Sequence record: NC_022096.1
Direction: 5' to 3' (one strand)
DNA: 64,000 nt
In this document: positions 17,942 through 26,857 of the stretch, piece after piece
How positions within the stretch are numbered: the first letter of the stretch is position 1
Layout of the letters: each line of letters starts with the position of its first letter
Notes under the pieces: generated by a model
What the model was told of the DNA's origin: nothing
The model's database searches: none
The model's input: the letters and a program-made list of their open reading frames with translations, nothing else
Position numbers and translations under genes: made by a program

Positions 17942-18302
17942 TATACAGGCCCTCGTTTCTGCGGGTTTCATAAATTTCGTGGTCGTACCGTTTAACTTCC
18001 AGTACCTTGACCTTGTAGTCTTTCGCACCGTGCATCCAAGAGCGATCTTTACCTAAGTCGAACTTGCGGTGTACCCGATAGTTGCTGCTGCCGCGACGAT
18101 TCGCATACGCGCCCATAATGGAAAGAGCTTCTGTCAGAAAGTTTGCGCGGACGTGGCCTACGAAAAAGTACTCCTCGCCGTCTATCGTGGAGATGAACTC
18201 TATTCTGAAAAGCGACAGGATTTGCTGGGCAGTGCTCAAGCTGCGGGCTTTTGGTGTGGCACTGCGAATGCTGCGGCGATTCAGGTCTTTTCCAAAGAGC
18301 AT
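17913..18302 (-). CDS. hypothetical protein
   Basis: 129 aa, AAGGA RBS. Confidence 0.65.
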   Translation of the reverse strand: MLFGKDLNRRSIRSATPKARSLSTAQQILSLFRIEFISTIDGEEYFFVGHVRANFLTEALSIMGAYANRRGSSNYRVHRKFDLGKDRSWMHGAKDYKVKVLEVKRYDHEIYETRRNEGLYNEAVLCAQK

Positions 18303-18373
18303 CGTGTTATTCCTTATGGCATGTTCGGTACAATCCCACTAGCCACTCGTTGGAATGGCTAGGCTGATTTATC

Positions 18374-18775
18374 CTACTTCAATTCAAACGGCTTCGGCAG
18401 GGTGGAGAGCAAGACGTCCTCGAGAGTTAGCGGCACGTAGTCACTCATAAACCCGTCACGCCCATGCAAGGCATCGTTCACGATCTTGTAGGCGTCGCTG
18501 CCTGCGAGTACGTGCTGACCGCGTGCATTCTCGTTGATGACCTTCACCACGGTCTGGCTGGTGTCCGCCGGCACCACAGTGTGGATCGAGTAGCCTTGAC
18601 TGCGGAGTTCGTCGGCTTCACGGGCCATCCGCAGGCGACCTACGATGAAGCGCAATTCATCCGCAGCTTGGCGCTGCATGATACGATCGGCGACTTGAGT
18701 GCCGAATTTGGTGAGCGCGAAGTTGTACTCGTCTCGGGTAAGGCGCATGATAACCTCCTTATGTGTTCGGTTCAT
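18374..18775 (-). CDS. hypothetical protein
   Basis: about 124-133 aa; AAGGAGG precedes internal MRLT. Confidence 0.7.
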   Translation of the reverse strand: MNRTHKEVIMRLTRDEYNFALTKFGTQVADRIMQRQAADELRFIVGRLRMAREADELRSQGYSIHTVVPADTSQTVVKVINENARGQHVLAGSDAYKIVNDALHGRDGFMSDYVPLTLEDVLLSTLPKPFELK

Positions 18776-18809
18776 TCACGCTGCCCACTCCTCGAATGGG
18801 CAGAAAGAA

Positions 18810-19433
18810 TTATCCGTCAGCAAACTCCTCACGGTCCGCAGCACGGTTGCGGTCGCGGCAGGTCGTACACAACTCGTACAGTCGGCAGTTCCCCTCGGTA
18901 GGGTCACGATACTGCACGCGCTTGTCTACGCGGAGTTTGCACTTGTCGCAGTGCCCAGGGTTGTTCACCCGCAGGTAGTAGTGCTCACTCTTACCTTGTT
19001 CGTCGAACACAGGCAGCGGGTACTGGTCACCGTCGTCGTGGTGCGTGGTGATATAAGGCTCACCCAGCGACGGATTCACCACGCGGTAGTATTGCGCACG
19101 TGGCAAGCCTTTCGGTGTCACCCAGAGCACGCCCGGCTTCTCGGCGTACGGGTCAATCTCCGCCTCTGTATCAACCAGCTCCTCGATCGGGAGCGGGTTG
19201 TTATCGGCAAACGTGAAGATCGGAATCCACTCGTCTGTCTCGTAGCGATACTTCCAGAGGCTGTCAGCCATGCCCGGCACTTCGAGAAGCTGCGCTTCGG
19301 TGCAGTGCGAGTTCTGGATGACCTGGCGCGTATCGTTGGCCATGAAGCCCAGGTGCGGGCTGTCGCGCAGTTCCAGCTCTACGAAAATCTGGCGCAGTGT
19401 ATACACGTGGCCGGACTTGGGGTAGTTTTTCAT
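18810..19433 (-). CDS. hypothetical protein with C-terminal CxxC...CxxC zinc ribbon
   Basis: HCDKC...LCTTC; AGGAG RBS. Confidence 0.7.
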   Translation of the reverse strand: MKNYPKSGHVYTLRQIFVELELRDSPHLGFMANDTRQVIQNSHCTEAQLLEVPGMADSLWKYRYETDEWIPIFTFADNNPLPIEELVDTEAEIDPYAEKPGVLWVTPKGLPRAQYYRVVNPSLGEPYITTHHDDGDQYPLPVFDEQGKSEHYYLRVNNPGHCDKCKLRVDKRVQYRDPTEGNCRLYELCTTCRDRNRAADREEFADG

Positions 19434-19463
19434 GTGATTCTCCTAGCTCATCTAGTTGATTGG

Positions 19464-19907
19464 TTACTTGCCGATGTTGATGCTGCGTTCCTCGAAGATT
19501 ATCTCGGTCATCCCGTGATGCAGCGAGGGGCCGAAGAAGTTCATGAACTCCCACATCGGCATTTCCATGCGCCCGTCGTTGTCAGTAACGATCTGGCGCG
19601 GTTGAAGTTTGGTGCCTTGCACTTCGGCACGCGCCAGGGTCTTGAACAGGCGGCGACCATCTTGCGTTAGTTTGAACATCACCGCACTGTTCAGCGAAAC
19701 GACACGCGACGGTGTGATCGTGGTGCGCAACTGCGGGACGCGAATCTCCACGTCGTGCGGGATGACCACCCAGCGTTCGCAGAAGCACTGGAAGGGCTCG
19801 CCGATGCGGTGCCCGTCACTGCCCATAGACATCACGGTGTTGCAGTGCGGGCAGCGGAAGTTGATACTGGTTGCAGCGATTTCGGTGATCGGACGAATAT
19901 CTTTCAT
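19464..19907 (-). CDS. zinc-ribbon-containing hypothetical protein
   Basis: start MKDIRP (AAGGAG RBS); CPHC...CFC. Confidence 0.7.
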   Translation of the reverse strand: MKDIRPITEIAATSINFRCPHCNTVMSMGSDGHRIGEPFQCFCERWVVIPHDVEIRVPQLRTTITPSRVVSLNSAVMFKLTQDGRRLFKTLARAEVQGTKLQPRQIVTDNDGRMEMPMWEFMNFFGPSLHHGMTEIIFEERSINIGK

Positions 19908-19917
19908 GGTCGTCTCC

Positions 19918-20508
19918 TTACTCGCCACGACGATGGCGAGTGTGCAGTGCAACGAGCAGGTCATCTACCAGTTCGCCAACGTCGTCTTGGATATACGCAC
20001 GCAGGTCACGAACTTTTGCAGCCACGGTAACAGCATCCGAATTTTCAAGGATGCGCTTGAACGAAAGGCTGCGACCGTAGGTGTGGCTGAACGGCTTCAA
20101 CACCGCCTTGTTGTTGATCAATTGTGCAGTCAGAACACGACTGCCGTTAGATTGCAGCTCCAGTGTAACTGTGGCGACCGCACGCCCAAACTTCTTGGAG
20201 ACGATGCTCAGGACGTTGTCCTTACGCACAAGGCGGAACATTGCATCGTCACGAACCAACAGGCGCAGCTCGGACATACCGAACAGGCGGGTGATGCTCA
20301 GACGCGAAAGCAGCGCGCTGGTCTCGGCAGCCCGTTGTTGTGCGCGGGTCAGCGGCTTGGTCGAGGCAGCAGGCTTGCGTACTTGAGGCTTACGCGGTGC
20401 TTGCTTCTCCATGCGCAGTTCGCACGCAGCGAGGTGCTTCTTGTTGCCGAGTACAAACTTGTCGGCAGCGGCTTTCATGGAGGCGATAACGGATTCGGTA
20501 GTTTTCAT
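19918..20508 (-). CDS. hypothetical protein
   Basis: 196 aa, AAGGAG RBS; first gene after P4, with a leader of about 100 nt. Confidence 0.75.
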   Translation of the reverse strand: MKTTESVIASMKAAADKFVLGNKKHLAACELRMEKQAPRKPQVRKPAASTKPLTRAQQRAAETSALLSRLSITRLFGMSELRLLVRDDAMFRLVRKDNVLSIVSKKFGRAVATVTLELQSNGSRVLTAQLINNKAVLKPFSHTYGRSLSFKRILENSDAVTVAAKVRDLRAYIQDDVGELVDDLLVALHTRHRRGE

Positions 20509-20616
20509 GGAGAGACTCCTTACATGTTCGTAATGTGCAAACTTTTTGGCGTCTGCTTTACCTTAACTAAGATCGTAACCACTACTGGTTGAGCAGGGTC
20601 AGACTTTCGTAGTGTC

Positions 20617-20661
20617 ATTATCTCATAACTGCGATCAGTCGTCTACAGACTTAATGGAAAT
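20617..20661 (-). promoter_or_regulatory. promoter P4
   Basis: minus strand ATTTCCATTA-N5-GTAGAC-N15-TGA-GATAAT; spacer core 15/16 identical to P1. Confidence 0.7.
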
Positions 20662-20734
20662 ATTTGTAGTTAAGGTATGTAGCGACCGTACTGCGGTGAC
20701 TCGCAAACGCAGTGGTTACGGAGATAGCTGAGGA

Positions 20735-20763
20735 AACGAAAAAGGGAGCCCGAAGGCTCCCTT
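20735..20763 (-). terminator. rho-independent terminator
   Basis: AAGGGAGCC-UUCG-GGCTCCCTT then TTTCGTTTC. Confidence 0.9.
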
Positions 20764-20764
20764 G

Positions 20765-21100
20765 TCATAGCACCATGCCGATGCGAACCAGATACAGCTT
20801 GCCTTGGACGTGCAAACTTTTCTGGTCAGTGATTTCGTATGGCAGCAACAGGCCGGCATACTTGCGCCACTTCTTGTCCAGATACTTCACAGCATCCGGC
20901 TTGGTGATCGCGGCATTGAACACCTCGAACCGCTTCCACTGCTTCTCAGTCAGCTCATCCCCGTTGACTGTCAGACCGCGCAGAGCTTGCAGCGCTTTGA
21001 GCACCTTCTTATCCAGCTCCTTGTGGTCTGGGATGAAGAACATCTGGATGCCCTCGGGGATGGTTTCGTAGGTCAGCAGAATCGAACGGGACTCACTCAT
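20765..21100 (-). CDS. hypothetical protein
   Basis: 111 aa. Confidence 0.7.
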   Translation of the reverse strand: MSESRSILLTYETIPEGIQMFFIPDHKELDKKVLKALQALRGLTVNGDELTEKQWKRFEVFNAAITKPDAVKYLDKKWRKYAGLLLPYEITDQKSLHVQGKLYLVRIGMVL

Positions 21101-21641
21101 AGTCGAGTGCCTCGTAACGGTGCGTTGTGAACAGCTTGTGCTCTGCTATCTGCTCCACTTGGTGGAACTTCGGAGGCAGCGGCGGCATGAAGGTATCGCC
21201 GACGTAGCTGTACGTCAGGTGCGTGATGATCGCCTCATCGACGTGCACCTTACCTTCGAAGGCCGCTTCGTACAGGCTCTTACCGCCGATGATAAACACT
21301 CGGCCGTCTTCGCTCAACTGCACGGCTTGTTCGACCAGGCGATTCAGGTCGTCGCTGACGGTGAACAGCTTGATGTGGTCGAAGTTGACAGAGGTGACGT
21401 CCTGCGTGAGCACGCACGGGGCTCGCGTCTGCCAGACCGAACGCGGCATGGACTCGAACGTGCGGCGACCACAGATCAGTGGACTGGTGCCAGTGATCTT
21501 CTTGAACAGCGCCAGTTCTTCTGGGATGTGCCACGGCAGTTTGCCCTTGTCGCCGATGCAGTCGTTTGCAGCCACTGCGGCGATGAGGATAACCTTCGGA
21601 GTCTTCTCAGCTTCCACTGGTTGTTTCTTCTTAGTAGGCAT
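21093..21641 (-). CDS. folA: dihydrofolate reductase
   Basis: LIAAVAANDCIGDKGKLPWHIPEELALFKKIT, ICGRRTFES, FIIGGKSLY, GDTFMP. Confidence 0.95.
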   Translation of the reverse strand: MPTKKKQPVEAEKTPKVILIAAVAANDCIGDKGKLPWHIPEELALFKKITGTSPLICGRRTFESMPRSVWQTRAPCVLTQDVTSVNFDHIKLFTVSDDLNRLVEQAVQLSEDGRVFIIGGKSLYEAAFEGKVHVDEAIITHLTYSYVGDTFMPPLPPKFHQVEQIAEHKLFTTHRYEALDYE

Positions 21642-22086
21642 CCGGGTCTTCCTCGCTGTGTGCGCGACGCAAAGCCGAGAAGCCTTGCTGCAGGTGAGTG
21701 TTGGCAATGTTCAGCCAGCGGCCGTGTCCGCCCTGAACCAAATTGCGCGACATATCGACAGCATCTTTCGACAGTTGCGCGGCTGCATCAATCAGCAGCT
21801 CGATTTCCGCACGTACGGCTTCTTCGCGCTCGCGGATTTCGTTACCATCGATGGCGACTGTCATGCGGTTACCGCCAGTGAAGAACTCGACGTTCACACC
21901 GCCAGATCGAGGATTCCCAGCGACGGAGAAGCCCTGCCCGATCATCGGATGCACGTTGGCATTCAAGTGCGCACTCATTTCACGGTACAGCACTTCGTCC
22001 ATTTGCTGACCCTGGAAGACAGCCAGACGATCAGCCAGAATCAACTTCGCTACGTCGGCAGAGACGTTCAGATTGAGATGGGTCAT
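21631..22086 (-). CDS. Acb2/T4 Vs.4-like sponge domain with N-terminal extension
   Basis: C-terminal GRWLNIANTHLQQGFSALRRA matches the recalled Acb2 C-terminal helix; start MTHLN (TAATG overlap). Confidence 0.6.
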   Translation of the reverse strand: MTHLNLNVSADVAKLILADRLAVFQGQQMDEVLYREMSAHLNANVHPMIGQGFSVAGNPRSGGVNVEFFTGGNRMTVAIDGNEIREREEAVRAEIELLIDAAAQLSKDAVDMSRNLVQGGHGRWLNIANTHLQQGFSALRRAHSEEDPDAY

Positions 22087-22523
22087 TATACCTCCTGAAG
22101 GGTGTTGACGCGCCACGGGGCGGAAACAGATGAGGGCGACAGATCGGGCGAACCTGGCAAGCACATATCGCCACGTTGCAGCGACTTGTTCATGGACTCT
22201 GCGAAAGCCATGCCTGTTGCTTCGAGTTTACCCACAGGCATGGCACATGCGTAGATCGCAATGCCAATTCGCGGATCACTGTGGTAGGCATTCTTGGGCG
22301 CTACGATATTGCTGGGTAGCACATGGCGACCTCGCTTATCGATGCCAAGCTGCGAACTCACTGCGACCAGTTTGAGCTGGGCGTCTTCATCGATGTGTAG
22401 CACGACGAAAACATCCACAAGCGTCTGGCCATTCGCTTGGTGCAAACCCTTGGGATGGTACCAGGTGATTCTGCGACTAGCCCGACGACCGCACAGAGTG
22501 GTGCGATAGCGTTCCTGTTTCAT
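22086..22523 (-). CDS. hypothetical protein
   Basis: 145 aa, AAGGAG upstream, ATGA coupling. Confidence 0.55.
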   Translation of the reverse strand: MKQERYRTTLCGRRASRRITWYHPKGLHQANGQTLVDVFVVLHIDEDAQLKLVAVSSQLGIDKRGRHVLPSNIVAPKNAYHSDPRIGIAIYACAMPVGKLEATGMAFAESMNKSLQRGDMCLPGSPDLSPSSVSAPWRVNTLQEV

Positions 22524-22654
22524 TTGGTTCTTCGCTCCTTTCGCATACGAGCCTTCTCGCCCTTACTTCTTTTCCTGGGCTGGTGCGGATCGTCGGCGAC
22601 GTGCTGTGGGTTGGCAATGGCTTGAGCTAACGCCAAAGCGCTGAGCTTCATCAT
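22520..22654 (-). CDS. small basic protein (44 aa, absent from ORF track)
   Basis: MMKLSALALAQAIANPQHVADDPHQPRKRSKGEKARMRKERRTK*; GAGG RBS; stop overlaps next start. Confidence 0.55.
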   Translation of the reverse strand: MMKLSALALAQAIANPQHVADDPHQPRKRSKGEKARMRKERRTK

Positions 22655-22659
22655 GAGCC

Positions 22660-24198
22660 TCATCCCATGAGAATCCAGTCGAGCGAGACCACCTCGTCGA
22701 TGGCTTCGGCTATCGCTTCGTCCACGTCAATCCGCAGATCGCCGCGCTCCATGAAAACCCCAACGTCGAACGAACGATCCTGAGCTCCGTTGATTGCGGA
22801 CATCGGGAACTTCAGGTGCAGCACGCAGTTCTGCGCATCCGCCTGGAAGAACCGCTCGACGGGTGGTGTGACCATTCGATGGGTCACGAAGTGGTGCATT
22901 ACTTCCGACGCACGCTGCTGCAGGCTGAACCAGAAGCTGAGGTCGAACGGGCTGCCTTTGTCGCTATAGTCGCGGACATACTTGCTGACTTCGCGCAGCA
23001 CCGACACAACAACGATCAAGTCTGGAAGGACACCGCCGCGAACTGTTCGATTGCCCCAGACAACAGGGCCGCACATAGGCACCTGCCCGACGTAGTTCAT
23101 GCCATTCAGCGCGACGGTGTCACGCCAAGCTGCCGAACGCGGTTGCTTCCAGTCGAATTTGAATCGATCCAGGGCTTTGTCCGTCTTAGCTCCTGCAAGA
23201 GTACCGCCGACCTCCATCAGAATTGAGCGGATGGCCTCACTCGCCTGATCGATGAATATGTCGTTCGCGTTGATGCAGTACCACAGACCGACCTTGGGTT
23301 TGAGAGTTGCGTCGGTCGTGACATTGATCTTGAGAGGCGGGAACTCGATCTGCGAACTGGATGCGCTTTGGACTTCAACGATCTTCTGAATAGGATGCGT
23401 ATCCAGAGTCGCCACGTGCTTGGTGCAGCCGCGCAAGTTGTCGCGCCGAGTCTCCCACGGTCCTTTGGATTTCAGAGTGCGCTCTTGCACAGTGATCGAC
23501 TTCATGAGGACCATAGCCTCGTCGTAAGTCAACACGTCCTCACTCGCAGAACCCCAGCAATGCCTCCAGAGGTTCCACACCTCTTGGTACCCTGCAGGAT
23601 TCCAGCGACCAATCGCGTAATGTCCAGCCACACCATCCGCACGATCTACCAGATACGGCACCCAAGGCGTTTTGGTTTTCGCAGGCTTATCGGCATTGAT
23701 GCACGCAGGACACGTCGGACGAGAACCGCCCCAGAGTTCTTCTGGAGTGTACTCGCCGGAGTTGAGCAGCTCCAGATCACGCGCGGTTGGAACGCAGCAA
23801 AGAACGGCACTACTGTTCGTATGCGTGAACAGCAAGGCACGGAAGTCTTCGTGTTCAACGATCTGTGCAGCTACCCGTTCGTGCATGTTGCCGGCATCTT
23901 CACCTTGAGCGAAAGCGCGCTTCCACGCTTCTGCGGACAGCGCACTCGGGACCTGCAATATCGGCACGAAGCCCCACGCATCTGGACTGGGCTCCATGCG
24001 GTCCAAGAAATTGGCAAGCGACTTGCTCCACTTCTTGCCATTCATGCCGATATAGCTCACCGTGATCGGGTATTCCTCGTTACGGCCCGGATCAGCTTCC
24101 GCGTTCGTGATGTCATACACGGTGTAGCTGATCTTGTTCTTTTTGTGCACCCACGGACTACCGATTCGTGGAATGCCATTCTCGTCGCAGTTCATCAT
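22660..24198 (-). CDS. mosaic protein: N-terminal DUF1653-like domain, C-terminal tail-sheath-like domain
   Basis: GSPWVHKKNKISYTV...VSY...KWSKSLANF; RDTVALNGMNYVGQVPMCGPVVWGNRTV aligns with the sheath at 46753..48339. Confidence 0.7.
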   Translation of the reverse strand: MMNCDENGIPRIGSPWVHKKNKISYTVYDITNAEADPGRNEEYPITVSYIGMNGKKWSKSLANFLDRMEPSPDAWGFVPILQVPSALSAEAWKRAFAQGEDAGNMHERVAAQIVEHEDFRALLFTHTNSSAVLCCVPTARDLELLNSGEYTPEELWGGSRPTCPACINADKPAKTKTPWVPYLVDRADGVAGHYAIGRWNPAGYQEVWNLWRHCWGSASEDVLTYDEAMVLMKSITVQERTLKSKGPWETRRDNLRGCTKHVATLDTHPIQKIVEVQSASSSQIEFPPLKINVTTDATLKPKVGLWYCINANDIFIDQASEAIRSILMEVGGTLAGAKTDKALDRFKFDWKQPRSAAWRDTVALNGMNYVGQVPMCGPVVWGNRTVRGGVLPDLIVVVSVLREVSKYVRDYSDKGSPFDLSFWFSLQQRASEVMHHFVTHRMVTPPVERFFQADAQNCVLHLKFPMSAINGAQDRSFDVGVFMERGDLRIDVDEAIAEAIDEVVSLDWILMG

Positions 24199-24818
24199 GG
24201 CTTCAACCCCAAAATGTTGGCGTAGATACCGACATCGCGGCTTACACGGCCGCTCCAGCCGTAGTAAAATTCCTCGTCCTTCTGGCGCTTCTGGACGAGC
24301 TGCAGGTAGTGATGGCCTTGCTCAGCAAGTAGCGCGATGAGCATTCGGTTGACACCTTCAGCACCGCGCTTGGCGATGTAAGCATCGAGCGCTTTGAGGG
24401 TCTTGTCTCCGATCCAGCCATCGACTTTCAGGTCGGCGTACAGCGTACCCTGATTGTTGTTGGCGTTGAGCACCTGCTGGAAATACGACCCGGCGGTGGT
24501 CACGCCCATGTTGATCGCCATGTCGAACAACTTGTCGGCAAACAGCGCGTGACGCTTCATCAGATCGTCAGCATACAGGCGCGACCAGAAGTGGGTCTCG
24601 TACAGCCAGTAGGCCATATCGATGCTCAGGTTGCGCATCGTGCCGTCCCAGCCGAACTGCACAACTAGCTGGTCACGGTAGTCGTTGGCGAGAGCAGCAG
24701 TAATGCCATGGTTGGTCTCACCGCCGCTGTCCTTCTTGTTGTTGACGTAGCCGCCTTCGACCGCAGTCTTGTCTGCGATGATGGCACGCGGAGTGAAGTC
24801 TGCGTACTTGGAGAGCAT
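24195..24818 (-). CDS. endolysin, glycoside hydrolase family 108 with PG-binding C-terminal domain
   Basis: EGGYVNNKKDSGGETNHGIT; DLKVDGWIGDKTL; EEFYYGW. Confidence 0.92.
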   Translation of the reverse strand: MLSKYADFTPRAIIADKTAVEGGYVNNKKDSGGETNHGITAALANDYRDQLVVQFGWDGTMRNLSIDMAYWLYETHFWSRLYADDLMKRHALFADKLFDMAINMGVTTAGSYFQQVLNANNNQGTLYADLKVDGWIGDKTLKALDAYIAKRGAEGVNRMLIALLAEQGHHYLQLVQKRQKDEEFYYGWSGRVSRDVGIYANILGLKP

Positions 24819-25387
24819 CAGTACAAGCCTCCGTCTACGCCAGTCTCGAACGTGGTCTTCACGCTCTCGGACATGATGACAGGATAATCGTCCGGACCGC
24901 CGGCACAGCCGATGTTCAGCGTGGGCATACCCATGAGGCCGAGAATCCACTTGTCCGGTACTTGGCGAGCGCGCACGCAGGCGATCTGCTTGCGGTCAAT
25001 CAGCATCTTCTCGGCGTTCTCGAAGCCGCTGCGGCCCACGTCGATGATGTTGATGATCTTCTGGTAGATGGCAGGATCGGGCGCGACGTTGTGCTCTTTC
25101 AACATCAGGACGTAAGCCTTGTAGCCGCCATCGCCGGAACGCGCCTTGATCTGCTCGGTAACGGTCTGCTTGATGTCATCCACGCTGAGCTGGCGAATGC
25201 CGATCACCTCTTTCACCTTCTGGCTGAGGTTGTTCAGCACGGTTTGGCGCGAACGGTCGGAAGCAATGATGCCTTCCTCGATGTTCACGTAACCGTTGTA
25301 CTTGGAGACGAAGACGATCAGCAACAGTGCGGTCAGCGCACCGAGGACCATAGACACGACGAGGCCGGAGCCTTTTTGATTGTTCAT
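24818..25387 (-). CDS. LemA-like membrane-anchored protein
   Basis: N-terminal TM followed by KYNGYVNIEEGI helical region. Confidence 0.55.
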   Translation of the reverse strand: MNNQKGSGLVVSMVLGALTALLLIVFVSKYNGYVNIEEGIIASDRSRQTVLNNLSQKVKEVIGIRQLSVDDIKQTVTEQIKARSGDGGYKAYVLMLKEHNVAPDPAIYQKIINIIDVGRSGFENAEKMLIDRKQIACVRARQVPDKWILGLMGMPTLNIGCAGGPDDYPVIMSESVKTTFETGVDGGLY

Positions 25388-25404
25388 TCTGGAAATTCCT
25401 TTGA

Positions 25405-26433
25405 TCAGTAACGGTAACGGCGAAGGCCGTAATTGCGACGGCGGTATTCACGGACCGCGACAAACATCGCCAGTCCGATGATGAGTATGTGCAACGCAAC
25501 GGTCCACAGTGGAGGACGATAGGCGTCTGCCATGAAGTTGTATTTCGACAGGTCTTCACGCTCGAAGAACGGCAGCGCCGAATCCAACGCAGCGACTATG
25601 TGCTCCTCATTGAACACACCGATGCGAGAAGCCTGCTCACGCAAAATCAGGTTGAAGTCTGCGTACTCTGCGTTGCGCTTGTTGGACGTGCTTCTGCCGA
25701 AGACATCGGCGCGCTTAACCGTAAGGTCTTTGTCCACATACAGCACCAGCACCGTGTCGTTCTTCTTACCTCCAGTCCACTCGTTGCGCAGAGCATCTGC
25801 GAAGCCTGCTGCCTTCTCATGGACAATGGCGACCATGGCATTCACTTGATACTTAGGTCCCCATTTCTGGTGTGCGACTCGCAACTGCCTGCCGAGTTCT
25901 TCGCAGTCTACGACGTTGCTCATGCAGCGATTGATGTGGTAGCCGTAGTAGATCGACGGGTACTGCGGCAACCAGCCGGCGTAACGAGCGTCCTTGTCGA
26001 ACAGCACGCTCTGGTCGTGGACATACTGGAAGTTAAAGAACAGCTTGTTACGAGCGAACGGTTGGCCTTTTTGGGCGGCATCCCAGATGTCAGGCGAGGT
26101 CTTGACGTAGGTGTACTCAGTGTAAGGGGCGCCAGTGTCAGAGTGGACGTCCCAGCGCCAGCGTGGTATCTCGCGGTAGCAAGTGTCTTTGCCGTCAGTG
26201 CCGCAACTGTACGACTCTTCCTCTGGGTCATAGGCCCAGGACTTCCCAGTAACACTACCGGACAACACCTCGAACGAAGACGCCTGTAGCATCAGCGAGC
26301 CGAAGTAAACCACGAATGCGGTGAGGATACCAACGCCGATGCCCAGAGCAAACTCCGTCTTGTCCTTGTATCGTTGGTAGACGAGGCACATGACGATAAT
26401 AGACAACAGGCTGTAGAAGAAAATTTCAATCAT
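25405..26433 (-). CDS. membrane protein with large extracytoplasmic (TPM-like) domain
   Basis: two N-terminal TMs and one C-terminal TM; WTGGKKNDTVLVL. Confidence 0.7.
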   Translation of the reverse strand: MIEIFFYSLLSIIVMCLVYQRYKDKTEFALGIGVGILTAFVVYFGSLMLQASSFEVLSGSVTGKSWAYDPEEESYSCGTDGKDTCYREIPRWRWDVHSDTGAPYTEYTYVKTSPDIWDAAQKGQPFARNKLFFNFQYVHDQSVLFDKDARYAGWLPQYPSIYYGYHINRCMSNVVDCEELGRQLRVAHQKWGPKYQVNAMVAIVHEKAAGFADALRNEWTGGKKNDTVLVLYVDKDLTVKRADVFGRSTSNKRNAEYADFNLILREQASRIGVFNEEHIVAALDSALPFFEREDLSKYNFMADAYRPPLWTVALHILIIGLAMFVAVREYRRRNYGLRRYRY

Positions 26434-26849
26434 TTGTCAGCGTTCCTCATCATTGGAAACACGCAGTTATCTGGGACACGGGCGATAACGTAGATTGCGT
26501 TGTCTGCCACGGGGATCGCAACATCGAAATCGTGTGTTACACCGGAGTGTACACCTATGGCAATGCCTTCCACGGTCTTCACTTCTCGAACGGCCTGTTC
26601 GTCTTCCGGGTCGCTATCGAGCATGACCACGACTCGCCAGCCTATCTGAATACGTGCCGGCAGTGCTTCGGAGTTTTTGGCTTCGGCGATAATCTCCAGC
26701 AGCGCAGCGTGGTTGATGAAGGTGCCGTTGAGCCAACACATCGACATCGGAGGTTCCTCGTGCTGAGACTCCTCTTCCTGTGCAGCTTCCCGAGCAGCTT
26801 TGAGTAGTGCCTCGCGCTTCGAGTCCAACTCGATGATATTGCCGTCCAT
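26430..26849 (-). CDS. hypothetical protein
   Basis: 139 aa, GAGG RBS. Confidence 0.7.
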   Translation of the reverse strand: MDGNIIELDSKREALLKAAREAAQEEESQHEEPPMSMCWLNGTFINHAALLEIIAEAKNSEALPARIQIGWRVVVMLDSDPEDEQAVREVKTVEGIAIGVHSGVTHDFDVAIPVADNAIYVIARVPDNCVFPMMRNADK

Positions 26850-26857
26850 AGATCACC

